64,000 nucleotides of DNA from Felis catus (taxonomy: Eukaryota). How positions within the stretch are numbered: the stretch's first letter is position 1; every line of letters starts with the position of its first letter. A program made the translations under genes and the position numbers. The stretch covers positions 111,290,001 through 111,354,000 of the forward strand of contig NC_058377.1 in assembly GCF_018350175.1 (NCBI RefSeq), given 5' to 3'. Shown here one piece after another: positions 1-11,255 of this stretch. The notes below the pieces were generated by a model that worked only from the letters and a program-made list of their open reading frames with translations, did no database searches and had not been told where the DNA came from.

Positions 1-175
1 TCGCTTTGTGTTTGAAATCCCACTGGGTCTTCAAGTCTCTGCATCAACGATTTCTCTTTAAATGTCACAGGGAGCCACGGGACGTTTTCACTCCGAGCCA
101 TTTTTATGGGAGCCCCAACCACAGGCTGTGTTCGGTTCGAATTCCCAAGGTCACCAAAGGAAGTGCAGCTGATTA

Positions 176-612
176 CAGACAGTCCCCAACTCGACGTTGT
201 GGAAGGGACATGTGTGCTGCGAAGCTTGAATGTGGATCTTCTCCTGGGTCCGCGATCGTCTCTCGGGGTGCTGGGCAGCGGCCGGGGCCCCAGCTCCCGG
301 TCAGCCAGCGGTCGCCAGGGTCAACAGCCGGTGCTCGGACCCCCGTCTCTACCCACACAGACACTCTGTTGGCCACTTTCATTACAGGATTCAACACGTC
401 ACATGAGACACTCGATGCTTTGTTGTAAAATGGACTTTATGTTCAACGATTTTGCCCGACCGTAGGCCGATGTCATTGTTCAGGGCCGGTAGGCTGAGCT
501 GTGATGCTCGGTAGGTTACATGTGTAATCAAATGCACCTTTGACTTTGCAACATTTTCTGTTTGGCATGGGTTTTTTAGGACGTTACTCCAATGTCAGTT
601 AAGGAAGGTCTG
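176..612. mobile_element. TcMar-Tigger DNA transposon relic (MER47/Tigger5-like)
   Basis: TA at 174-175, then cagacagtccccaactcgac. The other end, gtcagttaaggaaggtctg, is its imperfect reverse complement (TIR). The internal gattttgcccgaccgtaggc and ggtaggctgagctgtgatgctcggtaggtta match the MER47 consensus as I recall it. Confidence 0.75.
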
Positions 613-902
613 CATGACCTGATAGACATCAGAGTCTGTCGATTCCTGATTGACTTGAGGGCTTGCTGTCCATCACCGTGTTCTTTGATAAGATTTTACC
701 AATCTTTTGCAGGAATCCCAAGAGGCACCCCATTGCGGGTTCCTCCCTCATGAGGAACCTGCCCGCGTTATACCCGGAGGATATGGAGGGCCTGGATTAC
801 GCGGGCGTAGAAGCAAGAACGGAGGCTTTGGAGTCAAGAAGCCTGTGCAAGTTTGGCCGGCACCTGCTTTTCTGGACCACCTCTGCTTCACGGGAAGGGA
901 GG

Positions 903-1104
903 CAGGTGGCACAGGGGTTAAGAACATGGGCTCTGGGCTCCGGCTGCCCCTCTCCAGCTGTGTGTCCTCGGAAAAACTCTTTGAGCCTCCTTTTCTTCGT
1001 CTGTAAAATGGAGACACTCGCGATCATCGCTCCCTCACAAGGTCGTTGGACGAATTAATACGTGGAGGCTGATCTAAGGCGAGTGATATGCGTGAAGCGT
1101 CTGG
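903..1104 (+). mobile_element. MIR SINE
   Basis: Contains ggttaagaacatgggctctgg and the MIR core tctgtaaaatggaga. Confidence 0.75.
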
Positions 1105-1570
1105 TGTGAGGGGAAGGCGCAAAGGGCACCAGCTGTTTTCTCACTGAAGCGGCTCATTTGCGAGGAGAGCAGCCAGCACCATGGGCGCGAGCTGCAGATG
1201 AGGCCTGTTACGGTCAGAGCCACGAGGGGCCAGGGTCCCATCTCACAGATGGCAAAACCGAGACCGGAAGGCTCTGGGGCCGCCTTCTTAGTCACCCAGG
1301 CAGCCGGACTGTCTGCGTGTTCCCCTTTCCCGGCACCGGGCCTGGTGGCCTGTCAACGTGGAGCTTACTCAGAAGGAGCACAGGACCTTCCAAGTGGCAT
1401 TGGCTTGGCAGGAGGCCGGGCACAGGGCAACCGATATGACCAAGGCCTTCTTGCCTCTGGTGTGGGGATCAGGGCCCCTGGCGGACATCTTGAGAGCATT
1501 TGTGTTTGGGGGGTGGAGGAGTTGGGGGACACCCCCCAACTCGCTTAAGCCTCAAAAAGACCCCGGTCGA

Positions 1571-1803
1571 GGGCACCTGGGTGGCTCAGTCAGTTGAGCA
1601 TCTGACTTCGGCCCAGGTCATGATGTCACGGTTTGTGAGTTCGAGCCCCACGTTGGGCTCTGTGCTGACAGCTCAGAGCCTGGAGCCTGTTTCGGATTCT
1701 GTGTCTCCCTCTTTCTCTGCCCCTCCCCTGTTCACGCTCTGTCTCTCAAAAGTAAACAAATGTTGAAGAGAAAAGAAAAGAAGAGAAAAAAAAAGAAAAG
1801 AAA
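1571..1803 (+). mobile_element. Can-SINE (SINEC_Fc-like), left monomer of a tandem pair
   Basis: gggcacctgggtggctcagtcagttgagc head with Pol III A and B boxes, a CT-rich segment and an A-rich tail. Confidence 0.95.
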
Positions 1804-1811
1804 TATTTTCA

Positions 1812-2027
1812 GGAGTGCCTAGGTGGCTCAGTAGGTTGAGCGTCCATCTTTGGCTTAAGTCATGGTCTCGCGGTTCGTGGGTCCGAGCCCCGCATCGGGC
1901 TCTGTGCTGATGCCTCGGAGCCAGGAGCCTGCTTCCGATTCGGTATCCCCCTCTCTCTCTGTCCCTCCTCCTACTCTCACTCTGTCTCTCCCTGTGTCTC
2001 AAAAATAAATAACCATAACAAAAAAAA
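1812..2027 (+). mobile_element. Can-SINE, right monomer of a tandem pair
   Basis: ggagtgcctaggtggctcagtaggttgagc head and ctcaaaaataaataacc tail. Confidence 0.93.
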
Positions 2028-3171
2028 GACTCCAATCAGCCAGAAGGTGATTCTCGATGCTGCTGATGATGGTATGGCTCCCTGTCCCCGCCCCCTCCCC
2101 AAGCCTGCCTGTGGTCACACGTCCCACATACGCTTTGCAACAGTGAGATGTTTCACCTGCAGTTGCTTATAGGTCACTGTCCCTGTGTCTCCATCCCCGT
2201 TTTCTCTGTCACCCGTCCCCTTGTGTTGGTGGCCCTGCGACGTCTCTGGACATGTTGGGGCTTTGGCTCAGGAGAAGCTGAGCTGGGGATCCGTTTGGTT
2301 TGGGCTCACGAGATGTATTTATGTCATCTGTAGACATGGCTGTGTACAGTTGGGCTGATGCTGGGTCCCTGGCATGGGAGGGGCTTCCGGGGACACCTGC
2401 CGCTCTGGGGGCTTGCCGGGCACCACGTCGGGAAGACGCGGGGTCGGGGAGGGGGCTGCAATACACATGGGCCGTCCTCAGCACTGGGGTGTGGACAGCG
2501 GTCAGGGGAGAAGACTTGAGGCGCAGGCAGCGTGGATCAAAATTCTTCCGATGGGTGGACGGAGGGGACAGCTCGTGGATGACGGTCCGTGTGGGTGTGC
2601 CTTCTTTGCACGAATGCACCCAACAACACAAGCAGGGGACGCGGAGGCCCTGAGAGGGCAGGGGACTCGAACAGAGGCACAGTCCCCTTCTCCTGCCCCA
2701 CGGTGGGCTCGGGACCGGACCCAGCCGACAACCTCTCAGGCGAAGAAACGCATCAAAACGAAAACCGCTGACGGGCAGAACCCCTTTTCACCAGCCACCC
2801 GGGTGCTTGTCTCCAGAATGTTCTTCCTTCCTGTTCAAGGAGCATTTGCAGTATCACAGGATGCCACGTCCCTCGGCTGCCAGGAAGTCAGCTGCGGGGC
2901 CCAGAGGTCAGTTGAGTTAGAATGTGCCGGTTCAGAAGCCAGTGGGCGCCCGGCACTCCTGGACCCCCTGGGTCTCGGCTGGTCCTCTCACTCCAAGATG
3001 CAGGAGGACGCCGAGTCCTGCCCAGCCAGACCCGGGAGGGCTTGGGACTGGACAAGATGTCCTCCGTTTTCTCCCACTGGGGCCGCACGATCCCCAACCC
3101 CGGTTGTCCACACGGCCTTCCCAGACCCAGCGAGGAGGCCGCCACTGTCCTGCTCAGAGGAGCCATCCCCT

Positions 3172-3388
3172 GGGGCGCCTGGGTGGCTCAGTCGGTGAAG
3201 CGTCTGACTTTGGCTCAGGTCATGATCTCACAGTCCGTGAGTTCAAGCCCCGCGTCGGGCTCTGGGCTGACGGCTCAGAGCCTGGAGCCTGTTTCCGATT
3301 CTGTGTCTCCCTCTCTCTCTGTCCCTCCCCTGTTCATGCTCTGTCTGTCTCTGTCTCAAAAATAAATAAACGTTTAAAAAAAAAAAAA
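3172..3388 (+). mobile_element. Can-SINE (SINEC_Fc) with TSD
   Basis: Canonical ggggcgcctgggtggctcagtcgg head and poly-A tail. TSD gagccatcccct (3160-3171) / gagctgtcccct (3391-3402). Confidence 0.97.
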
Positions 3389-3529
3389 GAGAGCTGTCCC
3401 CTGTGTGTGGCCTGAGTAATTGTCGCTGACCCCTCCATATTCGTGTTACATGAATCAGCTACTGGCCAAACGAAATTCCCCGGCCCCCAGAGTGTGTAAC
3501 TAGTGTCGGGCATGTGGCGAAGCACTCTA

Positions 3530-4217
3530 CGTGTCGGCCCGGCCATCTGCACGGCGTTCAGAGCCTCGCCGCGTCCTGCCCTCTTCCCCAATCACTTCGG
3601 CCCAAGCCGCCTTGGCTTACTACACGGTCCCCTGTGGCCCTTTGACCCCTCTCTTGCCCCCGAAGGCAGTGATCTTGTCACACCCTGAGCCTCGTGTTCA
3701 CCTCCAAGGGCTCCGTCTCAGAGAAACCGCAGTCTTGACCAGACCTGCAGCCCACGCGTCTCCCGGCTCAGCCCCGCCCGGCCCGTCTCTGACCGTCTCT
3801 GGCCGCATGGCCCCCTCCCCCATTCCTTGAGTGTAGCCACGACGGCCTTCCTGCCGCTGTTTCACATTCTGCAGGCAGCCTCCTACCCCAGGGCCTTAGC
3901 ACTCGCTACGCCCTCCACTGGGGACACTCTTTCCAGGACACCCACACGGTTTGCTTCCTCTTCCTCTGGAAGGCTGCTCAGGGGGCCTCCCCTGATCCCC
4001 CTGTTTGCAGCCACCCCCCCCCCCCCCCCACCGTAGTCCGTGGCGTTCAGCACTATCTGATGCACTGAACAGGTTAGGCGTTGGTCTTGTTACCTGCTGG
4101 ACGTCTGCAACCTTGCAGCAGGGCTTCTGGCCGTTTCCCTCACTGCTTTCTCCCCCGCATCTATAACCGCGATCGGCACATAGCGGGTGCCCCATAAACA
4201 CGGTGGAAAGAATGAAG
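3530..4217 (+). mobile_element. L2 LINE 3' fragment
   Basis: L2 3' motifs ccccagggccttagcactcgct and ggcacatagcgggtgccccataaac...gaatgaa. Confidence 0.65.
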
Positions 4218-5452
4218 GGACATCCCCGAAGGACGGGTCACATCGTCCCCTAACTTTTATACGTGGAGACGCAGCGGGTCTTGGAAACGGATGAGCTGCC
4301 TGGGGTCTCGCGGTTCTTGTGTGGGTCTGAACCTGGCTGCGTCTGGCTGTGGGATCCAGCTTCTCAGCGAGGCCCTCGCTGCCTCCCACGTGCACAGGGT
4401 GCCCTGCCCGGTGAGGGAGGCGGAGGGCGGTGCCCAGCACACGGTGGAGGGAGGAGGGCGCACTTCTGGAGCAGAAGCGTCCGGATGCCAGGGAGGGGGT
4501 CTCTGGCTTAGCTGGGGTGGGGGCAGTGCTTCGTGGGAGAGGGGACAGCGTGGGCAACGACAGAGAACGGGCGTATCAGCCAGACGGCCTCATCGGGCCT
4601 GACTGGAGCTCAGGGGGAGGTGCGGGCAGCGGCGGGGACCCCGGAACAGGGAGAGCAGGCGCGCTGGAGAGTGGCGAGGTCGGCCGGTGGAGGGCCTCAC
4701 GGGCCGCTGGGGGCAACCCGGAGTCCACGCGGAAGGGAGCGGGGCCGGGAGCCGACACGGGCAGGGTCCCGTTGGGACGACGGGCAGGGGTTCATCAGAG
4801 CACGAGGGTGCGTGTGTCACCCGGGGGAGATGCCAGTGCGGCCGGAGTCCCGAGGGCGGGCTCGAGAGCAGAGGAGGGGTGTCGGAGGGGCCCTGGGGAG
4901 GAGTCAGCGTGCCCCCAGGTGTGTGGCTGGGGGGCTGCTTGCGGGGAGACAACTTACCCACAGTAAGGGAGGCGACAAGGGGGTTCCGTCTGGGGTGTGC
5001 TGATGTTCGGCTGCTCTCGGCCCAGGAGAGAGATCCGGGAGTCCCGCTGCCCGCATGGTGACGTCGGCATGTAGGGGATCGGGTCCCTCCAGAAAGGGGG
5101 CGTCTGGAGGAGAGCGGGCCCTCCCTGCCCATCACACCTGTTGCTCCCAGGCACAGAGCCCCTGGCGCCCGGTTTGTGTCGGCCCCTCGTGACACAGGAG
5201 GCCAGCCGAGGCTGGGGAATCTTCTGTCTGCTGCCTCCGATTTCACAGCATTAGTGAAACGTTCGTCTTTGGGCTTCGTCCACCCTGCGTCCTCTTGGAA
5301 AACTACCAGGAGGGCTGGAAAGAGCGTCCGGGCCAGGGAGGGGGCAGTGGAGCCTGGGCCCTGGTCCCAGCTCAGGGAGCTGGAGATTCTGGGGTGGAAC
5401 ATGAGCAGTAACTTCCGGGCATCTCAGAGCTGCAGCGTCTCCTCTGAGCTCT

Positions 5453-5766
5453 GGATCTACGTCCCAGGCATCGCCTCGGGGTCCCATGGGGTGACCAGGG
5501 GGCACTCCAGATCGATCTCCCATTGGGTGCCCAGGGACACCCCCATATCTATCTCCCATCAGGTACCCAGGAGCACCTCCAGATCGATCTCCCAACCTTC
5601 TCCTCGGTGTCCCATCAGCTGCTCAGAGACACCCCCAGATCTACGTCCCAGGCATCTCCTCGGTGTCCCATCAGGTGCCCAGGGGGCACCCCCAGATCGA
5701 TCTCCCATTGGGTGCCCAGGGGCACCCCCAGATCGATCTCCCATCGGGTGCTCAGGGCCACCCCTA
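5453..5766. repeat. Minisatellite of mixed ~36-bp and ~56-bp units inside an L2-like relic
   Basis: About 7 degenerate units of cccaggggcacccccagatcgatctcccatcgggtg. Confidence 0.85.
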
Positions 5767-6465
5767 ACTCACCACACCCCTAACCAAACTGTTGTTCACC
5801 CATCAGCCCCAGCCTGGTGCTCCATGGTGCTCCCAGCTCAGGGAATGGTACCCAGCCTGGCTCACATGTCACCCCTGACACGTCCTTCCAGAGACCATCC
5901 GGGGGGTCCTGTCCATTGGTCCTGTCTTGGATCCAGCTCTCAGACTCCTTCCAACCTCCTTCCAAGAATCTCAAGTCCATCTCATTCTCTGTATCTCCCC
6001 ACCGCCCCTGTTTGCCACCCTGCCCTCGTGGCCTCACAGTGGGTTTCCCCGCGGCACCTCCAAAGTGACCGCTTTAGGCCTACTTCCCTGTCCCTCTGGG
6101 TACGGCTACCCAGAGGTAAGTCATAGCCCTGCCCTCCAGGAGCCCGGGTCCAGTGGGACATAGGCCCCCATGTGACCTACGAGGGACGTAGGGAGTGCTG
6201 AGAGAGGGGTGTGCGGAGTGCGGGGTCCAGCTGGGGTAACCCGCAACCCGAGCTGGGAAAAGCCACCAGGAGGAGGGCCGTGTCACAGCCAGGCCTCCAG
6301 ACAAGGGAGGCCAGGCGGTGGGGACAGGAGAGGAGCTCCAAGCAGAGAAAGTGCATTCTGACCTCTGTCTGGATGATGCCTGGGGAGGTGGCTGGGGAGC
6401 TCAGCTCCAGGGACGCCAGGGCTGGCACCAAGCTTAGGAATGAACAGCTAACAGTCATGGACATT

Positions 6466-6660
6466 ATGCTAACGTTGATTGAGCGCCTACTGTGTGCCGG
6501 GACCTGAGGTGATATGCATTAACTCACCGATCAGCCCAGACACGCAGTAATTGTACCCAGTGTTCGGGTTTAGAGACAGAGGCCCAGAGAGGTTCAGTGG
6601 CTTGCTCAAGGCCACACAGCCAGTAAGGGCTGAAGCCAGGCTGCCTGGCTCCAGGGCCCG
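6466..6660 (-). mobile_element. MIR SINE
   Basis: Contains ttgagcgcctactgtgtgcc and gaggcccagagaggttcagtggcttgctcaaggccacacagc. Confidence 0.8.
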
Positions 6661-7176
6661 GGTATGGATGGAGGGGTCAGAGTCTTGGGCAGAATGGGCC
6701 ATGGAAGCCCCAGCCGAGGGTGTCTCCTGACCCTGGGGCCCTACCTGCCACCTCGCCCCTGGAGCTGAGGCCCCCTGCTACCCCCAGCCCTGGGGCAGGA
6801 ATGCTGCCGCCCTCTGCAAAACCTTACGCACATTGCCCGCCCCACATGCTCTGCACAATCCTGAATGTTCCACCGCCCGTTTCGCAGCGGGGATGCAGAA
6901 GGTCCACGGAACCAGGTGACACTCCCAAGTACACGTACGTCCGGAACCGGACCCTAGTCTGTCCGATCCCAAAGCCCACCCAGCCTCCTCCACAGTGACC
7001 CGCAGGGGTCAGTGCCAATGTTCGCTAAGCTTCCCTCTCTGTCTTGCCTCGTTTCACGTCCTTGGCGAGGGCAGGCTTCTGCTAACCTCTCCGTGCTGTG
7101 AGCCCGCGGAGCCAGTAGCTGGGAGAATCCTGTCTCTACCTGTTGCGTGTCTCCCGACAAACCGAGCCGAAAGAGC

Positions 7177-7310
7177 CTAACGTTTACTGAACACCTACTA
7201 CGTGCCAGCCCAGCCATCTCACACCATGACTTTGCAGATGGATCTTTTTCACATTTTACGAATGACGGGGTGAGACTCAAGGAGGTAAAAGTCTAGGTCA
7301 CCTAGCAGGT
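7177..7310 (-). mobile_element. MIR SINE fragment
   Basis: Contains tttactgaacacctactacgtgcc and attttacgaatgacggggtgagactcaaggagg. Confidence 0.55.
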
Positions 7311-7464
7311 GGGGGGGGTTGGGCAGAAGGTTGGTGGGGGCGGGGGGGGGCAGGATTCACCGCCTGGGACTCCAGGGTGCCTGCAGGAGACACCAGAGCA
7401 GCCTGGGGGCGGTGCTGGCGCCCCCTTCAGCAGCCTCCTTCCTTCTCTCGCTTCCTGCCTGGGG

Positions 7465-7912
7465 AGAATTAAGTGGTGAATGTTTTCAAAGTCGACCGTC
7501 AAAAGAAAATGGTTGGAGGAAGGAAATGTGCAATTAGGAACTTCAGAGTAATTTCCATCGTGTGGTTTGAGCTCAACTGTAAACACTCAGGATGGAGGGG
7601 ACGTAGCTCTTCTCCCTGGCTTGGGGTTCCAGCCAGCTCTGCTGGGTCCCTGGGGGGGGGGCGGTGGGGAAGGCAGCGGGGCCAGGAGCGCACAGGGGAG
7701 GTGCTGGGGGCTGCGGGGAGCTCCCGTTCCCCAGAGAGAAGCTTCTTCCAGCAGAAAGTGCGGCCTTACAGAAAGGAAATATTAACGTTATAATTATAAT
7801 TCTGTTTATTTAATTAAGTTATTAAACAGGCCTGGCCTTGGGGAGAGAGAGAAAAAAAAACCCTCAGATTCATCCCAATTGTTTCTCCCAGGATGTAATT
7901 AGAGCCTTTCAG
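7465..7912. promoter_or_regulatory. Candidate enhancer: AT-rich, non-repetitive islands with homeodomain and FOX motifs
   Basis: TGTAAACA at 7578-7585, clustered TAAT/TTAATTAA at 7781-7829 and gtaattag near 7896, set in GC-rich flanks. Motif evidence only. Confidence 0.4.
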
Positions 7913-9008
7913 AAGGGATCGGGGCCAGAAGAGGCAGGGCCCGGGGTCGGGGCGTTGCGGGCAGGGTCGGCCCCAGGCAGAGGCGGCTGTGCTTTGAGAA
8001 CAGGCTCCGTGAGGGCAGGGGTTCGGCCTGTTGGAGTCTCCTGCCTGGCACACAGTAGGTGCTCAAAAAGCAGCCGTTTGGTGAGTGCCTCGTGAGCTGT
8101 GAACCTGAAGGGGCTGGAGTGGCGGTCTCGGCTGCCCTCAAGACCCTCCGTGGATGGTTTTTCCAGACTCTTCCAGAGAGGGGACTGAGGCCCTGCTCTG
8201 GCCTCCCTGGTGGCCATGTTGGCAAAGCGTGTTCCACGCACGGTCCCCATCACGGGTGGCTGATGACTAAGGAGGACAGCACCACCCTTGGGAGACGGTC
8301 CCCAAATTCTGCCAGCACCCAGACTCTCCTAAGGTGCTGGAACCCGGGGTCAGGAGCTACACGGGTTGAGGAGGGTGGAGCAGCTAAAGCCTCCTTCTCA
8401 GAGTCTCCATCCCATTCTTTCAACCTGAGAAGCCAATTCTGGGACCCCAGACCAGCCCTAAGGGAGCCTCCGCCGAGGGAGGGGGCGCGGGGAGGGTGCT
8501 GGCCCTGGGTAGGCCCCAGATCCGGTTCTGCGCCCCCGAGCCGACAGCTGCCCTCAGGCTCCGTGCAGAACCTCCCGTCGGACGGGAAGTGTCTCGTTCC
8601 AGCTGGCACAGCCTTATCGAACAGTCGGGCTTTGTGAGTGTGGACAGCTGCAGTGATGGTGACTGACTCTGGGCTGGGGGTGGGGGCCGGCTGGGGGACT
8701 GGATTTGGGAGGCCGAGGAGGGGGAGGCCAACGCCAGAGGCATCTGCAAGGGGTGGGGGAGTGAGGATCATGGAGGTTTCATTCAGAGCCTCCCAGAAAG
8801 CTGAGCCCCTCAAGTTGGTGCCAGGATATGAGGCCCCTAACAAGGGAGTGACCGGGAGGGAGGAAGAATGTGGCTGGGGAAGGTGGGAGGGGCAGGGCCT
8901 AGCCCCTGGCCCCCTGCACACAAAAGAGCCATCTTTCAATGGGCGGCACTGAAGTAGTCACAAAACTAACCATTTTGGAGGGATGGGAGGATGTAGAGAC
9001 CCTTTCTT

Positions 9009-9687
9009 NNNNNNNNNNNNNNNNNNNNNNNNNNNNNNNNNNNNNNNNNNNNNNNNNNNNNNNNNNNNNNNNNNNNNNNNNNNNNNNNNNNNNNNNNNNN
9101 NNNNNNNNNNNNNNNNNNNNNNNNNNNNNNNNNNNNNNNNNNNNNNNNNNNNNNNNNNNNNNNNNNNNNNNNNNNNNNNNNNNNNNNNNNNNNNNNNNNN
9201 NNNNNNNNNNNNNNNNNNNNNNNNNNNNNNNNNNNNNNNNNNNNNNNNNNNNNNNNNNNNNNNNNNNNNNNNNNNNNNNNNNNNNNNNNNNNNNNNNNNN
9301 NNNNNNNNNNNNNNNNNNNNNNNNNNNNNNNNNNNNNNNNNNNNNNNNNNNNNNNNNNNNNNNNNNNNNNNNNNNNNNNNNNNNNNNNNNNNNNNNNNNN
9401 NNNNNNNNNNNNNNNNNNNNNNNNNNNNNNNNNNNNNNNNNNNNNNNNNNNNNNNNNNNNNNNNNNNNNNNNNNNNNNNNNNNNNNNNNNNNNNNNNNNN
9501 NNNNNNNNNNNNNNNNNNNNNNNNNNNNNNNNNNNNNNNNNNNNNNNNNNNNNNNNNNNNNNNNNNNNNNNNNNNNNNNNNNNNNNNNNNNNNNNNNNNN
9601 NNNNNNNNNNNNNNNNNNNNNNNNNNNNNNNNNNNNNNNNNNNNNNNNNNNNNNNNNNNNNNNNNNNNNNNNNNNNNNNNNNNNNNN
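9009..9687. other. Assembly gap (N run)
   Basis: Run of N. Confidence 1.
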
Positions 9688-9899
9688 TTTCACTCAGTCA
9701 CCTCCTCTGCTAGGCTCCAGGGATCCAGAAAACGATCAGACTGTCCCTGCCCTGGTGGCGTTCCCAGTGTGTGTATATGGACATGGAAGAAGGGGAAACA
9801 GTCAGAAGACAAATAAATCCTTATGGTGACTCAGGGAAGTTCTGTAGCTTGAGAAGGTATAAACCAACTATGGATGGGTGGGGGGGTGTCTCAGTGACC

Positions 9900-10020
9900 G
9901 ACCCTCAGGTTCTCACCTGAAAAATGGGGATGATTATTGTGGTGTTAGACAAGACAATGCACGTAAGGTACACACCTTGTGCCTGGCATGGAAGGTGCTT
10001 AATGACCGTTCTGCTTATTA
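9900..10020 (+). mobile_element. MIR SINE fragment
   Basis: Contains cctcaggttctcacctgaaaaatggggatgat and gtgcctggcatggaaggtgcttaat. Confidence 0.7.
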
Positions 10021-10399
10021 TTTGCATCACCATTGATATCATTATTATCATCTCTGTCCAGGATGGGAGTGGGGTGGTTTAGGGAAGCCTTCCTAAATGT
10101 GGGGTCACTGAGACTGGGTATCAAAGGATGAGTAGGAGTTTGCTAGGTATAAGCCCTGGGTTCCCAGCTCCCCCCCCACCCCCAGCAGCCCACATTTATA
10201 CCGCGTATATTCCTGCCTCTGCACCTTACTTACCGTCCCTGCTCCTCTTCTCCAAGGTCTCCTTCCTTTGAGATCAGCGTTACCTCTAACTCCTCCAGGA
10301 AGACCTCTTACCTACTCCGGGCGCCATCTTGCTTCCTCCTCTTTGGAGAGTGACGAGTGCTTGAAGATGGGCTAGAGACCAGTTTTGGGGGTGGAGCAC

Positions 10400-11010
10400 C
10401 TCAGTTAAGTGGTCGGGGCAAGACTCGTAACGTTTGACTTGAGACCTGATGAGAAGTCAGCCATGTGAAGATCTGGAGAGGACACAAAAACAGTAAAGGC
10501 AAAGGTCCTGAGGAATGAACAGAGAGTTAGGCTTTCTCGAAATGTTTGAAAGGCGTGTGCACCTGAAGCAGAAGCAGCAAGGGCTTAGAACGGAGGTGAG
10601 GGCGAGAAGGAGGGAGGGGCCGATCGTGCGGGGCCCTGGAGGTAAGAACTGTGGATTTTGTTCTGAGCAGAATGTGAAACCAAGGGAAGGTGTTAAGCAG
10701 GACAGCAACCGGTCTGAGTAAGTTTTTCAAGTACCACTCAGGCTACCGTGGGGGGGGGGGGCGCTGTACAAGGAAGGCAGTGAGAAGGGCATCCCAGTAG
10801 ACAAAGCTGGAGAGGGTAGAGGAGGTGTAGCCGGAGAGACGGGGCCAGTTCAGGGCATATTTTGGAAGTAGAGACAACAAGGTTTGGTTTCTAAATCGGC
10901 TGTTTGTGGGAGAAGGGAAGAGGGACGATTCCCAGGGGTTTAGCCTGAGCAACGAGGAAAAGGATGAGCCATTTGCAGAGACCGAGATGAGCCTAGAAGA
11001 AATAGGTTTG
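10400..11010 (-). mobile_element. L2 LINE fragment
   Basis: Antisense L2 motifs cagccatgtgaagatctgg, ggcaaaggtcctgagg and ggattttgttctgagcaga. Confidence 0.75.
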
Positions 11011-11044
11011 AAAACCAGATGGGCACACACCTCAGTCCAAACAC

Positions 11045-11255
11045 ACAGGCTCTGGAGTCGGAGAGACCTGGGTTCACATCCTAGTCTTAACTGCTTTCTG
11101 TCTTCTCCTTGCATTATTCCTCTAACTCTAAACCTCTGTCTCCTCACCTGGAAGATGAGGGCTTGTCACTTCATGGGGGATATTAGGGCAATTAATGTAA
11201 CATGCTTAACACAATGCTCCAGGTAAGAGCTCAGATAAAGACTATAATTAGTCAT
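11045..11255 (+). mobile_element. MIR SINE
   Basis: Contains ggctctggagtcggagagacctgggttcacatcctagt and ctcacctggaagatgagg. Confidence 0.8.

Noticed and set aside
1521-1540. Hairpin gttggggg-acac-cccccaac
   Set aside because: An 8-bp, mostly homopolymeric stem is expected by chance in GC-rich DNA, and there is no miRNA-length hairpin.
1571-1660. tRNA gene calls from A/B boxes
   Set aside because: These are the tRNA-derived heads of Can-SINEs, each followed by a CT tract and poly-A. The same applies to all SINE copies here.
8899-9829. ORFs of 264-296 aa
   Set aside because: They span an N-gap and are artefacts.
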